Shown: positions 9,346 to 19,700 of the stretch, in pieces
Numbering within the stretch: position 1 is the first letter of the stretch
How the letters are laid out: each line of letters opens with the position of its first letter
From: Deltaproteobacteria bacterium
Lineage (GTDB): Bacteria > UBA10199 > GCA-002796325 > JACPFF01
DNA: 64,000 bases
Direction: 5' to 3'
Assembly: GCA_016210045.1 (NCBI GenBank)
Contig: JACQUX010000009.1
Location: 65,730-129,729 of the forward strand
The notes under the pieces: generated by a model
Told to the model about the DNA's origin: nothing
The model's input: only the letters and a program-made list of their open reading frames with translations
The model's database searches: none
Made by a program: the position numbers and the translations under genes

Positions 9346-11001
9346 ATGACGTTCACCTCCACAGGCGAGCTCCTCGGCGGGCTCGCCTTCTTTTTCTTCG
9401 GACTCCATTCCGTGCGCGAGGGGATGCAGCTCTACGCCGGCGATCGCCTGCGCAATATCCTGTTGCGACTGACCGACAACCGCGTGAAGGCCTTCAGCTT
9501 CGGCGCGTTGGTCACGATGATCCTGCAAAGCAGTTCGGCCACGTCCGCATTATTAGTGGGACTCGCGGATGGCGGATTGCTCACGCTGAACCAAGCCTTC
9601 GCCGTGATCCTCGGCGCCGACGTCGGGACTACGGCCGTCGTCTTTCTGTTGGCCGCCCATTCCGTGCACGCGTATGCGTTAGTGGCGATCACGATCGGAT
9701 TCGGACTCTATCTCGTCGCGTCGCAGCGTTCGTTGCGCTACCTCGGCCAAATCATCTCCGGGATCGGACTGGTATTTTACGGCATCGCGATCACGGTGCA
9801 CGCGATGGAGCCGTTCCGCGAGGCGCATTGGGTCCAAGAATTGCTCGCCGCGTTGGCCGTGAATCCCTTTTGGGCCGTGGTCGGTGCGGCGCTCTTTACA
9901 GCCTTAGTGCGCTCGAGTGCGGCCACGCTCGGTATCGCGCTCAGTCTCGCGTATTCCGGAATTCTCACCTTGGATGGCGCGTTGCCGTTCGTGCTCGGCG
10001 CCAATCTCGGGACCACGATCACGGCAGCGATGGCCGCGGTCGGTGGCAACGTGAACGCGCGCCGCGTGGCGGGCGCACATCTCGTCAGCAAATTAATCGG
10101 CGTTGTCATCGTGTTCCCGTGGATGGGCGCGGCGGCCGTGGGGCTGCACACGCTATCCGGCCTGCTGCGTACCTGGCAAACGCCGTTTGACGGCGGTGTC
10201 GGACTCGAAATCGCGCTGGCGCACTTTCTGTTTAATTTCGGTGTCACGTTGGTCTTTCTGCCGCTGCTGCCGATCGGCGTGCGCCTCATTTGTCGCCTGA
10301 TTCCGGAAGGGATCCAGCCGGAACGCTACGGCCCGCGCTATCTCGACGAACGCGCGCTGGAAACACCGTCGTTGGCGCTGGCCCAAGCCGCACGCGAAGT
10401 GTTGCGGATCGCGGGGCTGGCGCACGAGGCGTTTCATCACAGCATCGCGCTGTTCGAACGCGGTCCCGATTTCTTTGCCGTCGTGGAGCGCATTGAGGCC
10501 GTCGACGACAAACTCGATTGTCTGGATCGCGGCGTGCGTTTTTTTCTCGCGAAGATGAGCCAAGAACTGCTGACCGAAGAGCAAGTGAAGGCACAGTTGG
10601 GCCTCCTCGACATCGGGTCGAGCTTGGAAGAAGTCGGCGATATCGTCTCGAAGGAAATGATCCAGTTGGGCCGCAAGCGTCACGATCGGCAACGCACATT
10701 TTCCGATGAAGGACTCGACGAGCTGCGCGTGTATCACGCCAAATTGGAAGATTTGTTCACGATCGTCATCGGCTGTCTCACTACGCACGATCCCGTGTTG
10801 GCGCGCGATGCCGAAGGCCGGAGCCGGATGCTGATTTCGATGGAAGAAGATCTGCGGCTGGCGCATTTGCGGCGCTTACACGAAGGGGTGAAAGAGAGTA
10901 TCGAAACCAGTTCGATCCATATCGACTTGCTGAGCGACTTCAAACATGTGGCGCAGAAATTGGGCCATGTCGCGCGGATCAGTCTGGAACCGGGCCGATG
11001 A
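9346..11001 (+). CDS. Na+/phosphate cotransporter family protein (NptA-like, COG1283) with PhoU-like C-terminal domain
   Basis: Duplicated QSSSAT...G.N.GTT membrane repeats typical of Na/Pi cotransporter II-related proteins. Confidence 0.8.
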   Translation: MTFTSTGELLGGLAFFFFGLHSVREGMQLYAGDRLRNILLRLTDNRVKAFSFGALVTMILQSSSATSALLVGLADGGLLTLNQAFAVILGADVGTTAVVFLLAAHSVHAYALVAITIGFGLYLVASQRSLRYLGQIISGIGLVFYGIAITVHAMEPFREAHWVQELLAALAVNPFWAVVGAALFTALVRSSAATLGIALSLAYSGILTLDGALPFVLGANLGTTITAAMAAVGGNVNARRVAGAHLVSKLIGVVIVFPWMGAAAVGLHTLSGLLRTWQTPFDGGVGLEIALAHFLFNFGVTLVFLPLLPIGVRLICRLIPEGIQPERYGPRYLDERALETPSLALAQAAREVLRIAGLAHEAFHHSIALFERGPDFFAVVERIEAVDDKLDCLDRGVRFFLAKMSQELLTEEQVKAQLGLLDIGSSLEEVGDIVSKEMIQLGRKRHDRQRTFSDEGLDELRVYHAKLEDLFTIVIGCLTTHDPVLARDAEGRSRMLISMEEDLRLAHLRRLHEGVKESIETSSIHIDLLSDFKHVAQKLGHVARISLEPGR

Positions 11002-11014
11002 GCGCTGAATCTCG

Positions 11015-11034
11015 CCCTCTCCCGTTGGGGAGGG
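11015..11034. repeat. Short G/C hairpin repeat CCCTCTCCCGTTGGGGAGGG (copy 1 of 2)
   Basis: Palindrome seen directly downstream of the Na/Pi transporter; related copy at 11878-11907. Confidence 0.5.
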
Positions 11035-11137
11035 TAAGGGCGCGGCGACTGAGTCGCTGCATGGCCCGCGGCAGTGGTGACAACGATGCGACGAGCAGGA
11101 GCATCGTTCACCATTAACAGAAGGGTGAGGGGGAGGC

Positions 11138-11926
11138 GTGAAGAAGAATCCCATCTTCGTCGCACTGGATCGTCCCGACCTGGATGCCGCATTGCAATTG
11201 GCGCAGGAGTTGGCGCCCCACGTCGGCGGATTCAAAGTCGGCTTGGAATTGTTGAACACCGCCGGCGCTCCGCATGTCGTCGCTGCACTTCGCGATTATG
11301 GCCTCCCGATTTTTTTCGACGGCAAATTTCACGATATTCCAAACACGGTGGCCGGCGCAGTGCGTGCCGTCGCGCGGCTCGGCGTGACGTGGTGCAACGT
11401 ACATGCGGCCGGCGGTTCGGCGATGATGCGCGCGGCCGTCGCGGCGGCGCATGAAGGCGCCGAGGCCGCAGGCGTGGTGCCACCGGCGGTGTTGGCGGTC
11501 ACTGTGCTGACGAGTCTGACCGTAACGGATTTGCAGCAACTGGGCGTGTGGCAGATCCCGAACGACGCAGCATTGCAGACGGCGGTCGTCACGCTGGCCG
11601 AACGCGCGCAAGCCGCGGGATGCGCCGGCGTGGTGGCCTCGCCACAGGAAATCGCCACCATTCGTGCTGCATGCGGTCGCGAGTTCCTGATCGTGACGCC
11701 CGGTGTACGGCCGACGTGGACCGGAAGCCAAGACCAAGCGCGCATCATGACGCCGCACGACGCGCTGGCCGCCGGAGCGGATTATCTCGTGATCGGCCGT
11801 CCGATCACCAATCCGTCGCCGGATGTCGGCACTCCGGCGGCTGCAGCGCAGCGCATTCTGCAGGAGATTGATGGTACCCCCCCTCTCCCCGTTGGGGAGA
11901 GGGGAGGGCGAGGGGGAGGCCTATGA
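11138..11926 (+). CDS. pyrF: Orotidine 5'-phosphate decarboxylase
   Basis: FVALD, GGFKVG, FFDGKFHDIPNT, VLTSL, YLVIGRPIT motifs; atypical C-terminal tail encoded by a hairpin repeat. Confidence 0.85.
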   Translation: MKKNPIFVALDRPDLDAALQLAQELAPHVGGFKVGLELLNTAGAPHVVAALRDYGLPIFFDGKFHDIPNTVAGAVRAVARLGVTWCNVHAAGGSAMMRAAVAAAHEGAEAAGVVPPAVLAVTVLTSLTVTDLQQLGVWQIPNDAALQTAVVTLAERAQAAGCAGVVASPQEIATIRAACGREFLIVTPGVRPTWTGSQDQARIMTPHDALAAGADYLVIGRPITNPSPDVGTPAAAAQRILQEIDGTPPLPVGERGGRGGGL

Positions 11927-12546
11927 CCGCTGACGACATCTTCCGCCGCTTTGAAGAGCTCGGCGTGTTGATCACGAACAACCATTTCGTCTACGCCTCC
12001 GGACGTCATGGCAGCGCATATGTCAACAAAGACGCGCTCTATCCGCACACCGCCGCCGTGCGCGAACTCTGTCAGAGTTTGGCGGGGGCCTTTGTCGGCC
12101 ATGGCATCGAGGCTGTGGCCGGGCCCACAGTCGGCGGCGTGATCCTCGCCACGTGGACCGCGTATCTGCTCTCCCAAGCGGAGTTGCGCGACGTGTTGGC
12201 GTGTTATGCGGAAGAGCGCGTCGGTGCCGACGGCCATAAAGAGCGCTACTTCGGACGCGGCTATGACCAGCTGATCCGCGATCGCCGCGTCCTGATCGTC
12301 GAAGATGTGTTGAACACCGGCGGCTCGGTGAAGCTGGTGGTCGATGCCGTTGTCCGGGCCGGCGGCACGCCGGTCGCCGTGCGCGCGCTCTGTAATCGCG
12401 GCGCCGTGGCCGCCGAAGACGTCGGCGGCGTGTCGGTCAGCGCGCTCGTCGATCTCGCGCTCGAAAGTTGGCCCGCCGACGCGTGCCCGTTGTGTCGTCG
12501 CGGTGTCCCCGTCAGCCCGCTTGTCGGCAAAGGCGCGCGTTCTTGA
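11923..12546 (+). CDS. pyrE: Orotate phosphoribosyltransferase-like (type I PRTase)
   Basis: PRPP-binding motif VLIVEDVLNTGGS; ATGA start/stop overlap with pyrF. Confidence 0.7.
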   Translation: MTADDIFRRFEELGVLITNNHFVYASGRHGSAYVNKDALYPHTAAVRELCQSLAGAFVGHGIEAVAGPTVGGVILATWTAYLLSQAELRDVLACYAEERVGADGHKERYFGRGYDQLIRDRRVLIVEDVLNTGGSVKLVVDAVVRAGGTPVAVRALCNRGAVAAEDVGGVSVSALVDLALESWPADACPLCRRGVPVSPLVGKGARS

Positions 12547-12645
12547 AGCGCGTCCCCCGTGTAAGGGAATATGTTTTTAGCCTAATTTAAAGACGCCTTA
12601 ACAATATCAGTTGCCAATAAGCCCACTAAATATTAGGCTAATTTC

Positions 12646-14055
12646 ATGGAGGACAATTTCGCCGATCGGGATCGGGAGCTGGCGTTGCTGGATGGCTTGT
12701 GGATGAAAAAGCCGGCCCAGCTGGTCGTGGCCTATGGACGGCGGCGCATCGGCAAGACGGCCTTGCTCGATTACTTCGCTAAGCGGCGCAAACTGCTGCA
12801 CTGGATCGCGTATCGTTCGACCAGTCATGAATTGCTCTCCAGTTTTTCCCAAGCGTGTTACGCGTTCTTGCATCCGGGCGAACCGACGCCGCCGGATTTT
12901 ACGTACGGGAGTTGGCGCGTCGCGCTCGACACGTTAGCACTGCATGCGGAAAAGCAACGCGTCGGCATTGTGATCGACGAATTTCCATATCTGATCGAGG
13001 CCGATCCTTCCATTCCATCGCTGCTGCAAGCCGAATGGGACAAGAAATTATCTCGAACCAGAATCTTTCTTGCGCTGTCCGGATCGCGGATGGGGATGAT
13101 GCGCGACCAAATCTTGGCGCCGCGCGGTCCGTTGTATGGACGCAGTACGGCGCTGCTCCACCTCGAGGCGATTCCGATCACGGCCCTCCACGAATTTTTC
13201 CCTCGCTTCAGCCCGGTCGCGTTAGTCGAGGCATACGCTGTCACCGGAGGCGTGCCGAAATATTTCGAATGGCTGCACCCTCACCAACCGGTGCTGAAAA
13301 GCGTCGAAACCGCGTTGCACGAACAAACGACGTTTCTTACGGCGGAGCCGGAGTTCCTGTTGCATGAGGAATTTCGCGAGACGCGGATTTATCTCGCGAT
13401 CCTGCGGACCTTAGGGCGGCGGGCCTTGGAGGCTAGCGCGATCGCACAGGTCTGTGGCATCGACAGTAAAGTGCTCTCCCGCTATCTGGATCAACTGATG
13501 GCGCTGAAATTCGTGGAGCGCCGTGTGCCGGCCGATCAGGACCCTCGCAAGAGCCGCAAAGGGCGCTACGGCATCCGCGACGAATTCCTCAGTTTCTTTT
13601 TTCACTTTATCGCGCCGCATTTGCCCGATATCGAACGGGGGCGGCTGCAACACGTCATTCGCATGCTGCGCAAAGGCTTCGACGCGTACGTCGGGCGTGC
13701 GGTGTTCGAACGTTTGTGTCAAGATTGGGTGGCGCGCCAAGCCGATGCCGAACGGCTGAGTTTCACGCCGACGGCCGTGGGACCGTATTGGGACCGCACG
13801 ATGCAAATCGATGTGCTCGGCATCAGTGCGCGGGAGCGGGCAATGCTGGTCGGCGAGTGTAAGTGGACACCGCATCCGGTCGGCGTTGAAGTCGCCGACG
13901 CACTGTTAACCAAGGCCAAACGTCTGACGGCCGCGAATGATTACCACGCGCAACTGATGCTCTTCAGCCGCAGTGGTTTTACCCCCGCACTCCGCGAAGC
14001 GGCGCGCAAAAAGCATTACCAGCTGGTGTCGTTGCCCGAATTGCTCAAGCATTGA
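12646..14055 (+). CDS. AAA-superfamily ATPase (Arch_ATPase PF01637-type) with DUF234-like C-terminal domain
   Basis: Walker A GRRRIGKTALL, Walker B IVIDEF; C-terminal CKWT...motif typical of DUF234. Confidence 0.8.
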   Translation: MEDNFADRDRELALLDGLWMKKPAQLVVAYGRRRIGKTALLDYFAKRRKLLHWIAYRSTSHELLSSFSQACYAFLHPGEPTPPDFTYGSWRVALDTLALHAEKQRVGIVIDEFPYLIEADPSIPSLLQAEWDKKLSRTRIFLALSGSRMGMMRDQILAPRGPLYGRSTALLHLEAIPITALHEFFPRFSPVALVEAYAVTGGVPKYFEWLHPHQPVLKSVETALHEQTTFLTAEPEFLLHEEFRETRIYLAILRTLGRRALEASAIAQVCGIDSKVLSRYLDQLMALKFVERRVPADQDPRKSRKGRYGIRDEFLSFFFHFIAPHLPDIERGRLQHVIRMLRKGFDAYVGRAVFERLCQDWVARQADAERLSFTPTAVGPYWDRTMQIDVLGISARERAMLVGECKWTPHPVGVEVADALLTKAKRLTAANDYHAQLMLFSRSGFTPALREAARKKHYQLVSLPELLKH

Positions 14056-14071
14056 CATCGGGGCGCTGCGC

Positions 14072-14734
14072 CTAAATGCAAGCCGCCTTGAATTGGGTGG
14101 GGTTGTTTGCGGGCACGCCGCTACTAAAATCGCACGCGACGGTGGTCGTTCCGCCGGTTGTCGTGCAGGACGCGGCGAGGAATCCCGTGATCGTCTCCGC
14201 GGTCGGTGCGGCGATGATGGTCAGATCCACGACGAACGTATAGGTCAACTGATCCATCGTCAGGAGACATCCGTTCCCCCCGATCGCTCCGGAGAAAGTG
14301 GTCGTAAAGGTCCGGTTATTCCCGACGTCTGCATACGTGCCGCTAATGGCCATGATCCCATTTGTTCCGGCGCAATTCCCCATCTCTGCAGACAGGCTGA
14401 ATGCCCCATTCTCGTCTGTACCGCTGACGCTGGCCGGTCCGCCGGATGTGCAATGCACGTGTTGGCTCAGGGATTTCGCTGTCGCTGTGATGTCGGTCGG
14501 CGTGCCGACGTTGAGCGACGTGCTGACGACCTCGGCAATCGTATCCCATGTCGTGAAGATATCGGCGGGCACATCTCCGGTCCCACTGCCGGTTGCTGGG
14601 ACGCCGTCGCTCTCTTCATCCGCAGCGGAGTTGGAGGCGCTGACGTTTCCACATCCGCAAAGAACGCCGGCGACGACCCAGCACAGGAGTCTCGACGGAA
14701 CCTTCATGGGAGTGCCACGGACATTCATGTCCAC
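14072..14734 (-). CDS. Hypothetical secreted lipoprotein (Thr/Gly/Ser-rich)
   Basis: Signal peptide followed by LCGCG lipobox-like site; several Cys. Confidence 0.45.
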   Translation of the reverse strand: MDMNVRGTPMKVPSRLLCWVVAGVLCGCGNVSASNSAADEESDGVPATGSGTGDVPADIFTTWDTIAEVVSTSLNVGTPTDITATAKSLSQHVHCTSGGPASVSGTDENGAFSLSAEMGNCAGTNGIMAISGTYADVGNNRTFTTTFSGAIGGNGCLLTMDQLTYTFVVDLTIIAAPTAETITGFLAASCTTTGGTTTVACDFSSGVPANNPTQFKAACI

Positions 14735-14841
14735 TGACTCCTAGCACAGTTCTCTTGTTCGATACCACCATCACTCGCTGAGGATCCATTTGAATATGAA
14801 CGGCGCTTTCCCCAACCGATACGAAGTCCGCTTCCTGGCGA

Positions 14842-15861
14842 TCACCTCGGGACATCGGGATATAATTCGGCGTCGCTACTCCAGATCTCACGGGAGAGAC
14901 CGAGGGCATAATACTCGGCCGCGCTGATCGCAGGGGTCTCGTCCAACCGATGCACTTGGAGCCAGCGCCGCAGTGTCTGCATGACCTCCGGCGTCAGCAG
15001 GGAATCGTCCGCACGAGGACGTAGGCCTGGGCAATCGCCGACCAACATGGCCCCGGAGAGGAGGCACGCGGCCTTGATCTCGGGCGCGAGCACGCGATCC
15101 GCGAGCCACGGGACGACCTGGAAGCGGGGATTGGTTCGATCAATGGCGTCCTGCGGCCCCGCTTGCAGCCGAACCGCGAGTGGCGGCTCTGAGCTGGTGA
15201 GGCAGCGCCGCGGTGGAAAATCCGTTGGGAACGGCGGTGGTTCCGCCCACAATCGAACTGCGGCCCGCATTTCAAGATAATGCGCTGCGCCGGTTAATGC
15301 GGTAAAGAGGCCAAGATATCCGCTGGCCGGTGCGGCAATCTCGCCGGTTACGATCCAGCCATGGAGTTCTGAAATGCCGTCGCGCCAAACGGCTGGCACG
15401 TCCCTTGCCCACGCCGCCTCCACACGGAGTGCCTCGTAGTAGATATTGAACAGCGCGCCCGGATCGCCCTCGGGGAGGGGCTGAGTCCATCCGCCGCCGC
15501 AACGTCTTTGGAAGAGATCGCGTCCATGTTGCAAGAGCTTCGCGACGATCGGAGAATCTGCATAGAGCCATCCGGCGTGTGGCGCCACGCACTCTGAGAT
15601 GGCGGACCAATATCGCCATTGGTTGTCGCCGGCAGCGATGGCATCGTTGATCACTTCGAGCGCCGGCAGTGCCTGCTCCAGTGCAGTGGAAGTGTGCGCT
15701 GCGTCGCCGGCGGCCATATGGCGGGCCAGTTCCGCGCGCCGCACCAGCGTCGCAGGCGTCATTTTGGCGCCATCGCGAATCAATGGTTGCATTGCGCGCA
15801 GTTTTTCCAACGCACGCCACTGTGTGTTCGATCGTTGCGGTGGGGGTTTGAGTGTCAACAT
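14842..15861 (-). CDS. Hypothetical protein
   Basis: 1 kb ORF, no recognisable motifs. Confidence 0.4.
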   Translation of the reverse strand: MLTLKPPPQRSNTQWRALEKLRAMQPLIRDGAKMTPATLVRRAELARHMAAGDAAHTSTALEQALPALEVINDAIAAGDNQWRYWSAISECVAPHAGWLYADSPIVAKLLQHGRDLFQRRCGGGWTQPLPEGDPGALFNIYYEALRVEAAWARDVPAVWRDGISELHGWIVTGEIAAPASGYLGLFTALTGAAHYLEMRAAVRLWAEPPPFPTDFPPRRCLTSSEPPLAVRLQAGPQDAIDRTNPRFQVVPWLADRVLAPEIKAACLLSGAMLVGDCPGLRPRADDSLLTPEVMQTLRRWLQVHRLDETPAISAAEYYALGLSREIWSSDAELYPDVPR

Positions 15862-16028
15862 GGGATCTCCGTTGAGTCATCTGCGCCAGCGCCCCGACGC
15901 GTTGTTTATCCGACGTGTAGTCGCAACCAAACGCCGCCCGCAAGCGAAAAAATGCCGAGCCGCTTTCGCGTGCGAGAGGCACCCCGCATTGCTTCCCTTT
16001 CCCACGAGCCTGTGTTATCGCGCCCTCC

Positions 16029-16424
16029 GTGACTCCACGAGACGTCGCGGCGGTAGTGCGCTATTGGCGGGACGGGGCAACGAGCGATCTCCGTTCCGCC
16101 GGCCTGTTGTTGCGCGGACGACAATGGCTGCAAGGCCTCTTTTTTTGCCATCTCGCGATCGAGAAGACGTTGAAGGCGCGGATTGTCCACGATGGGGCGG
16201 GGCATGCGCCCCATGTCCACAATCTGCTCTACCTGGCCGGGAAGACAAGACTGGCGCTCGATAAAATCCAGTTGGCATTTCTCGAAGAGATGAACCGGTA
16301 CAACATCGAGGGCCGGTATCCCTCCTATCAGGCGGCGATGCGGAAAACGTTGGGACGAATGAACGCGCTTCCGTTGTATCGTCGGACGACGGAGTTTGTG
16401 ACATGGTGCCAAAAGGGCTGTTGA
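16029..16424 (+). CDS. HEPN domain protein (toxin-like partner of the downstream nucleotidyltransferase)
   Basis: HEPN signature FFCHLAIEKTLKA ... HNL ... YNIEGRYP. Confidence 0.75.
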   Translation: MTPRDVAAVVRYWRDGATSDLRSAGLLLRGRQWLQGLFFCHLAIEKTLKARIVHDGAGHAPHVHNLLYLAGKTRLALDKIQLAFLEEMNRYNIEGRYPSYQAAMRKTLGRMNALPLYRRTTEFVTWCQKGC

Positions 16425-16717
16425 AAAAATTGCAACGATTGCGGCAGTGTATCGAGACGGCGCGGATTCCGGTGTCGCACCTCGTGCTCTTCGGGTCGCG
16501 CGCCCGTGGCAAGCCTCGCCGCGAGAGCGACATCGATGTCTGTGTCGTTTCCCCGGCCTTGGGCAGAATGCGTATCGCGGAAGGCGTGCGACTCAGCTTG
16601 ATCGCACACGAAATCGACCTGCTCTTCGAGATTGTCCCGTGTTCTCTGCACGACTGGCGCAACGATCGCCGTTCTCCGCTCCTCCACGAGATCCGTACCA
16701 CGGGAATCGTGCTGTAA
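16403..16717 (+). CDS. Minimal nucleotidyltransferase (MNT) domain protein
   Basis: LFGSRARG...SDIDVCVV motif; 22-nt overlap with the HEPN gene. Confidence 0.8.
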   Translation: MVPKGLLKKLQRLRQCIETARIPVSHLVLFGSRARGKPRRESDIDVCVVSPALGRMRIAEGVRLSLIAHEIDLLFEIVPCSLHDWRNDRRSPLLHEIRTTGIVL

Positions 16718-16775
16718 TATGTTGCGCGAAGGCCTTCCCTTCACGGAATGAATCTGCTACGCCGCTCGCACGATC

Positions 16776-19700
16776 ATGTCATTTCAGGGGGAGCTCCAAG
16801 GATTGTGGCGGCCGGTGCCGGAGGCACTCGCACGGGCCTGCGCCGGGACCGGACAGGCGGTGGCCGCGCGGGTGCGGATCGTGGCGCCGCATCTGACGCC
16901 GCGACAACTCTGGCGCACTGCTCGCCAATTGCGGTGGCGCCACGTGCGACACGGCGGGCTTTTGCTGCGGCGAGGGCTGCATGCGTATCGCCACCAACTC
17001 GACGTCTCATTAGAATGGCGCGCCGCCTCCACCGGCGGATTGCTCGGTGTCTTCATCCTCTTCCTGCTGTGGGCCGGGCCGCATCTCCCCAAAGGGCCGC
17101 CGCCGCGCTTGGCCACGATCGCGACGCCGGAACTCCAAAAGTTGGCCGAAGCGGCCGAACCGCCCGATCCGGCGGCAGGGTTGCATGTGCTGGCGCGGAC
17201 TCCGGAAGGGCGTGTCTCGCCGCAGATCGACGGCATCAAGATATTGTTCGACCACTCGATGGTCGCGATGACCGACGTCGATCCCGACAAACATCCGACG
17301 ATTCCGCTGACGATTCAGCCGCCGATCCCCGGCGAATTTATTTGGTTCGGGACCAAAGGCGTCCGCTATCGTTTCACCGATCCGCTGCCGCCCGCCACGC
17401 AATTCACCGTCACGCTCCCGCGCGAATTGCAGGCCCTCGACGGCAAGACGCTGACCCACGACGAATCGTGGACCTTTTTCACAGCGGGACCGGAAATTGT
17501 CCGCGCCACGCCGGAGAGCGGGATGGCCTATCTGCCGCTCCGCACCCCGATCCGCGTCACGTTCTCGCTCCCGATGCAACGCACAGGCGTCGAACAGGCA
17601 TTCCGCTGCGATCAACGTCCCAGTGACGATCCGAAGGCCACGCCGCGCCCCTGTGCCGTGAAATTCCAATTCAGTTGGGAGACCGATCCGAAAGACCGCG
17701 AGGTGTTCGTCGCGACGCCGGAACAGCCGTACGCAGCGGGCGTCGATTATGTATTTTATCTCCCCGCCGGATTGTTGCCGGAGCACGGCGTGCAAGGGAC
17801 CGCAAAACTCCTTTCGGTGGACGCCTCCACGGCCGGACCGATGCAGCTCAGCACGGTGTCGATCGCGCATCCATTCCCGGCGAACGACGAGATCGCGACA
17901 GAGCTCTATGATCGCGAACAAGATGACGCGCCGAAAGGAAAAGCGTCGAAGTTCGAGACCCGCTACGCGACCGGCGACCTCTGCTTCGCGTTCAGCAATC
18001 CCGTCGATCGCAAGAGTTTCGAAACCGCAGTGCAAGTGGTGCCGCGCGGCGCCGCGAAGCCGGACCCGACTTTCCGCGTCAGTTACTATTACGAAGACGA
18101 GGTCGAGGCGAGCGACGACGATCGCGCGGCTGCGCAAACGCCGGCCGATCTCCCGCACCGCACCGCGTGCATCACCGCCGACCTCCGTTTCAATACCGCG
18201 TATGAAGTGCGGCTTGCGCGCGCGATCTTGGATCGCGACGGAAAGCCGGCGGACTTAGGCAAATTCCCGCAGCCGCTCCGCTTCACCACGTCGCACGCAT
18301 GGTTGGAAGGGCAACTGACCGTCACGAAGTCGTTGCTCAATGCCCGGACGCCGCCGTCGCTGCCGTTCACCAGCATGAACGCGGAGAAAGTCGAAGTCAC
18401 GTTGGTTCCGTGCGATCGGGCACGCCTGGCCGCGATCTTCGGAGAAGGAACGGCGTGTCATGAAGGCGACGAGGACGAGGAAGCAGAAGCGGAGTCGACC
18501 GAATCGGACGATGAAGGCGATGGCGACGCGGCGAATCCGCGCGCCGAGAAAAAGAATCCATGGGAACGGACGATTCCGATCGACAGCGAATACGACGTCT
18601 ATCACCACGGCCGGATCGACATCGCCGGACTCTATCCGGACTTGAAGCCGGGCCTCTACGAAGTGCGCGCCACGTTCCACCCGATGTCCGAGATCACGCT
18701 GAAGCGCAAACGCGTGACGCTCGGAATCGAACACGAGGCGCTCGTCGGTTCCGATCCGGTGACCGATTTCACGCAAGTGTTGCTCACTGAAACCGCGTTG
18801 GCGCTGAAGCGCTTCGAAAACCAATTCCTCATTTGGGCGGTCGATATCCAAAACGGCGCGCCGCGCGCCAATCTCCCGCTCCAAGTCTGGAACTTCGAAC
18901 AACTCGTCGCGACCGGCTGGACCGACGACCAAGGCCTGTTTCGTTTCCTCAGCAACACGATCGATCCGAATGCCGAGTTGACGGTGATCGCCGACGATCC
19001 GCGTCTGATCAGCGCGTTGCGGACGGAAAAAGATCAGCAAGGCATCACACCCGCCGATTTCGGGTACACCTATCAACGGCCGTGGTTCGTGAAGAATTAT
19101 TATGTATGGTTCCACACCGATCGGCCGCTGTATCGTCCGGAACAGACGGTGCATTTCGGCGGCTTCCTGCGCGGCCTGCGCGACGGTGTCTATCACTTGC
19201 CGCGCGAAGTCGATTATGTCGATGTCACGATCGCCGATTCCAACGGCGACGAGATCTACGCCAAACAACTGTCGGCATCCGCGAATGGCGTGTTCGGCGA
19301 TTCGATCACGCTCGGCGATGACGCCATCCCGCGCGGCCGTTATTGGATTACCGCGCGTGTGCCGACGGTCCGCTGGTCGGGCGAAGTGAGCACGCAGGCC
19401 TTCAAACAGGCGTTCTATGTTGCCAGTTATCGGAAGCCCGATTTCACCGTAGGCCTCACGCCGGAGCGCGCGGAAGTGGTCAGCGGCGAGCCGATTAAAC
19501 TCACGGCGTTCGGCCGCTACTTCTTCGGCGCTCCGTTAGCCCATGCTGAAATCGCGTGGGCGATCCGCCGCGAAGGCTTCCGCTTTACCGCAAAAAAGTA
19601 TCCCGACTTTACGTTCGTGGATGAAGAAGCGATCCAGCACGCCATTCAAGTGCGCACGGAAGCTGGTCGCGTCGAGCACGACGAATCGGAATATTACGAC

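Noticed and set aside
17010-18158. 382-aa - strand ORF (and 18255-19268, 19536-20417, 21980-22636) inside the alpha-2-macroglobulin gene
   Set aside because: The + strand frame carries the A2M thioester motif and is continuous for 6.4 kb; the antisense ORFs lack any motif and are Arg-rich.
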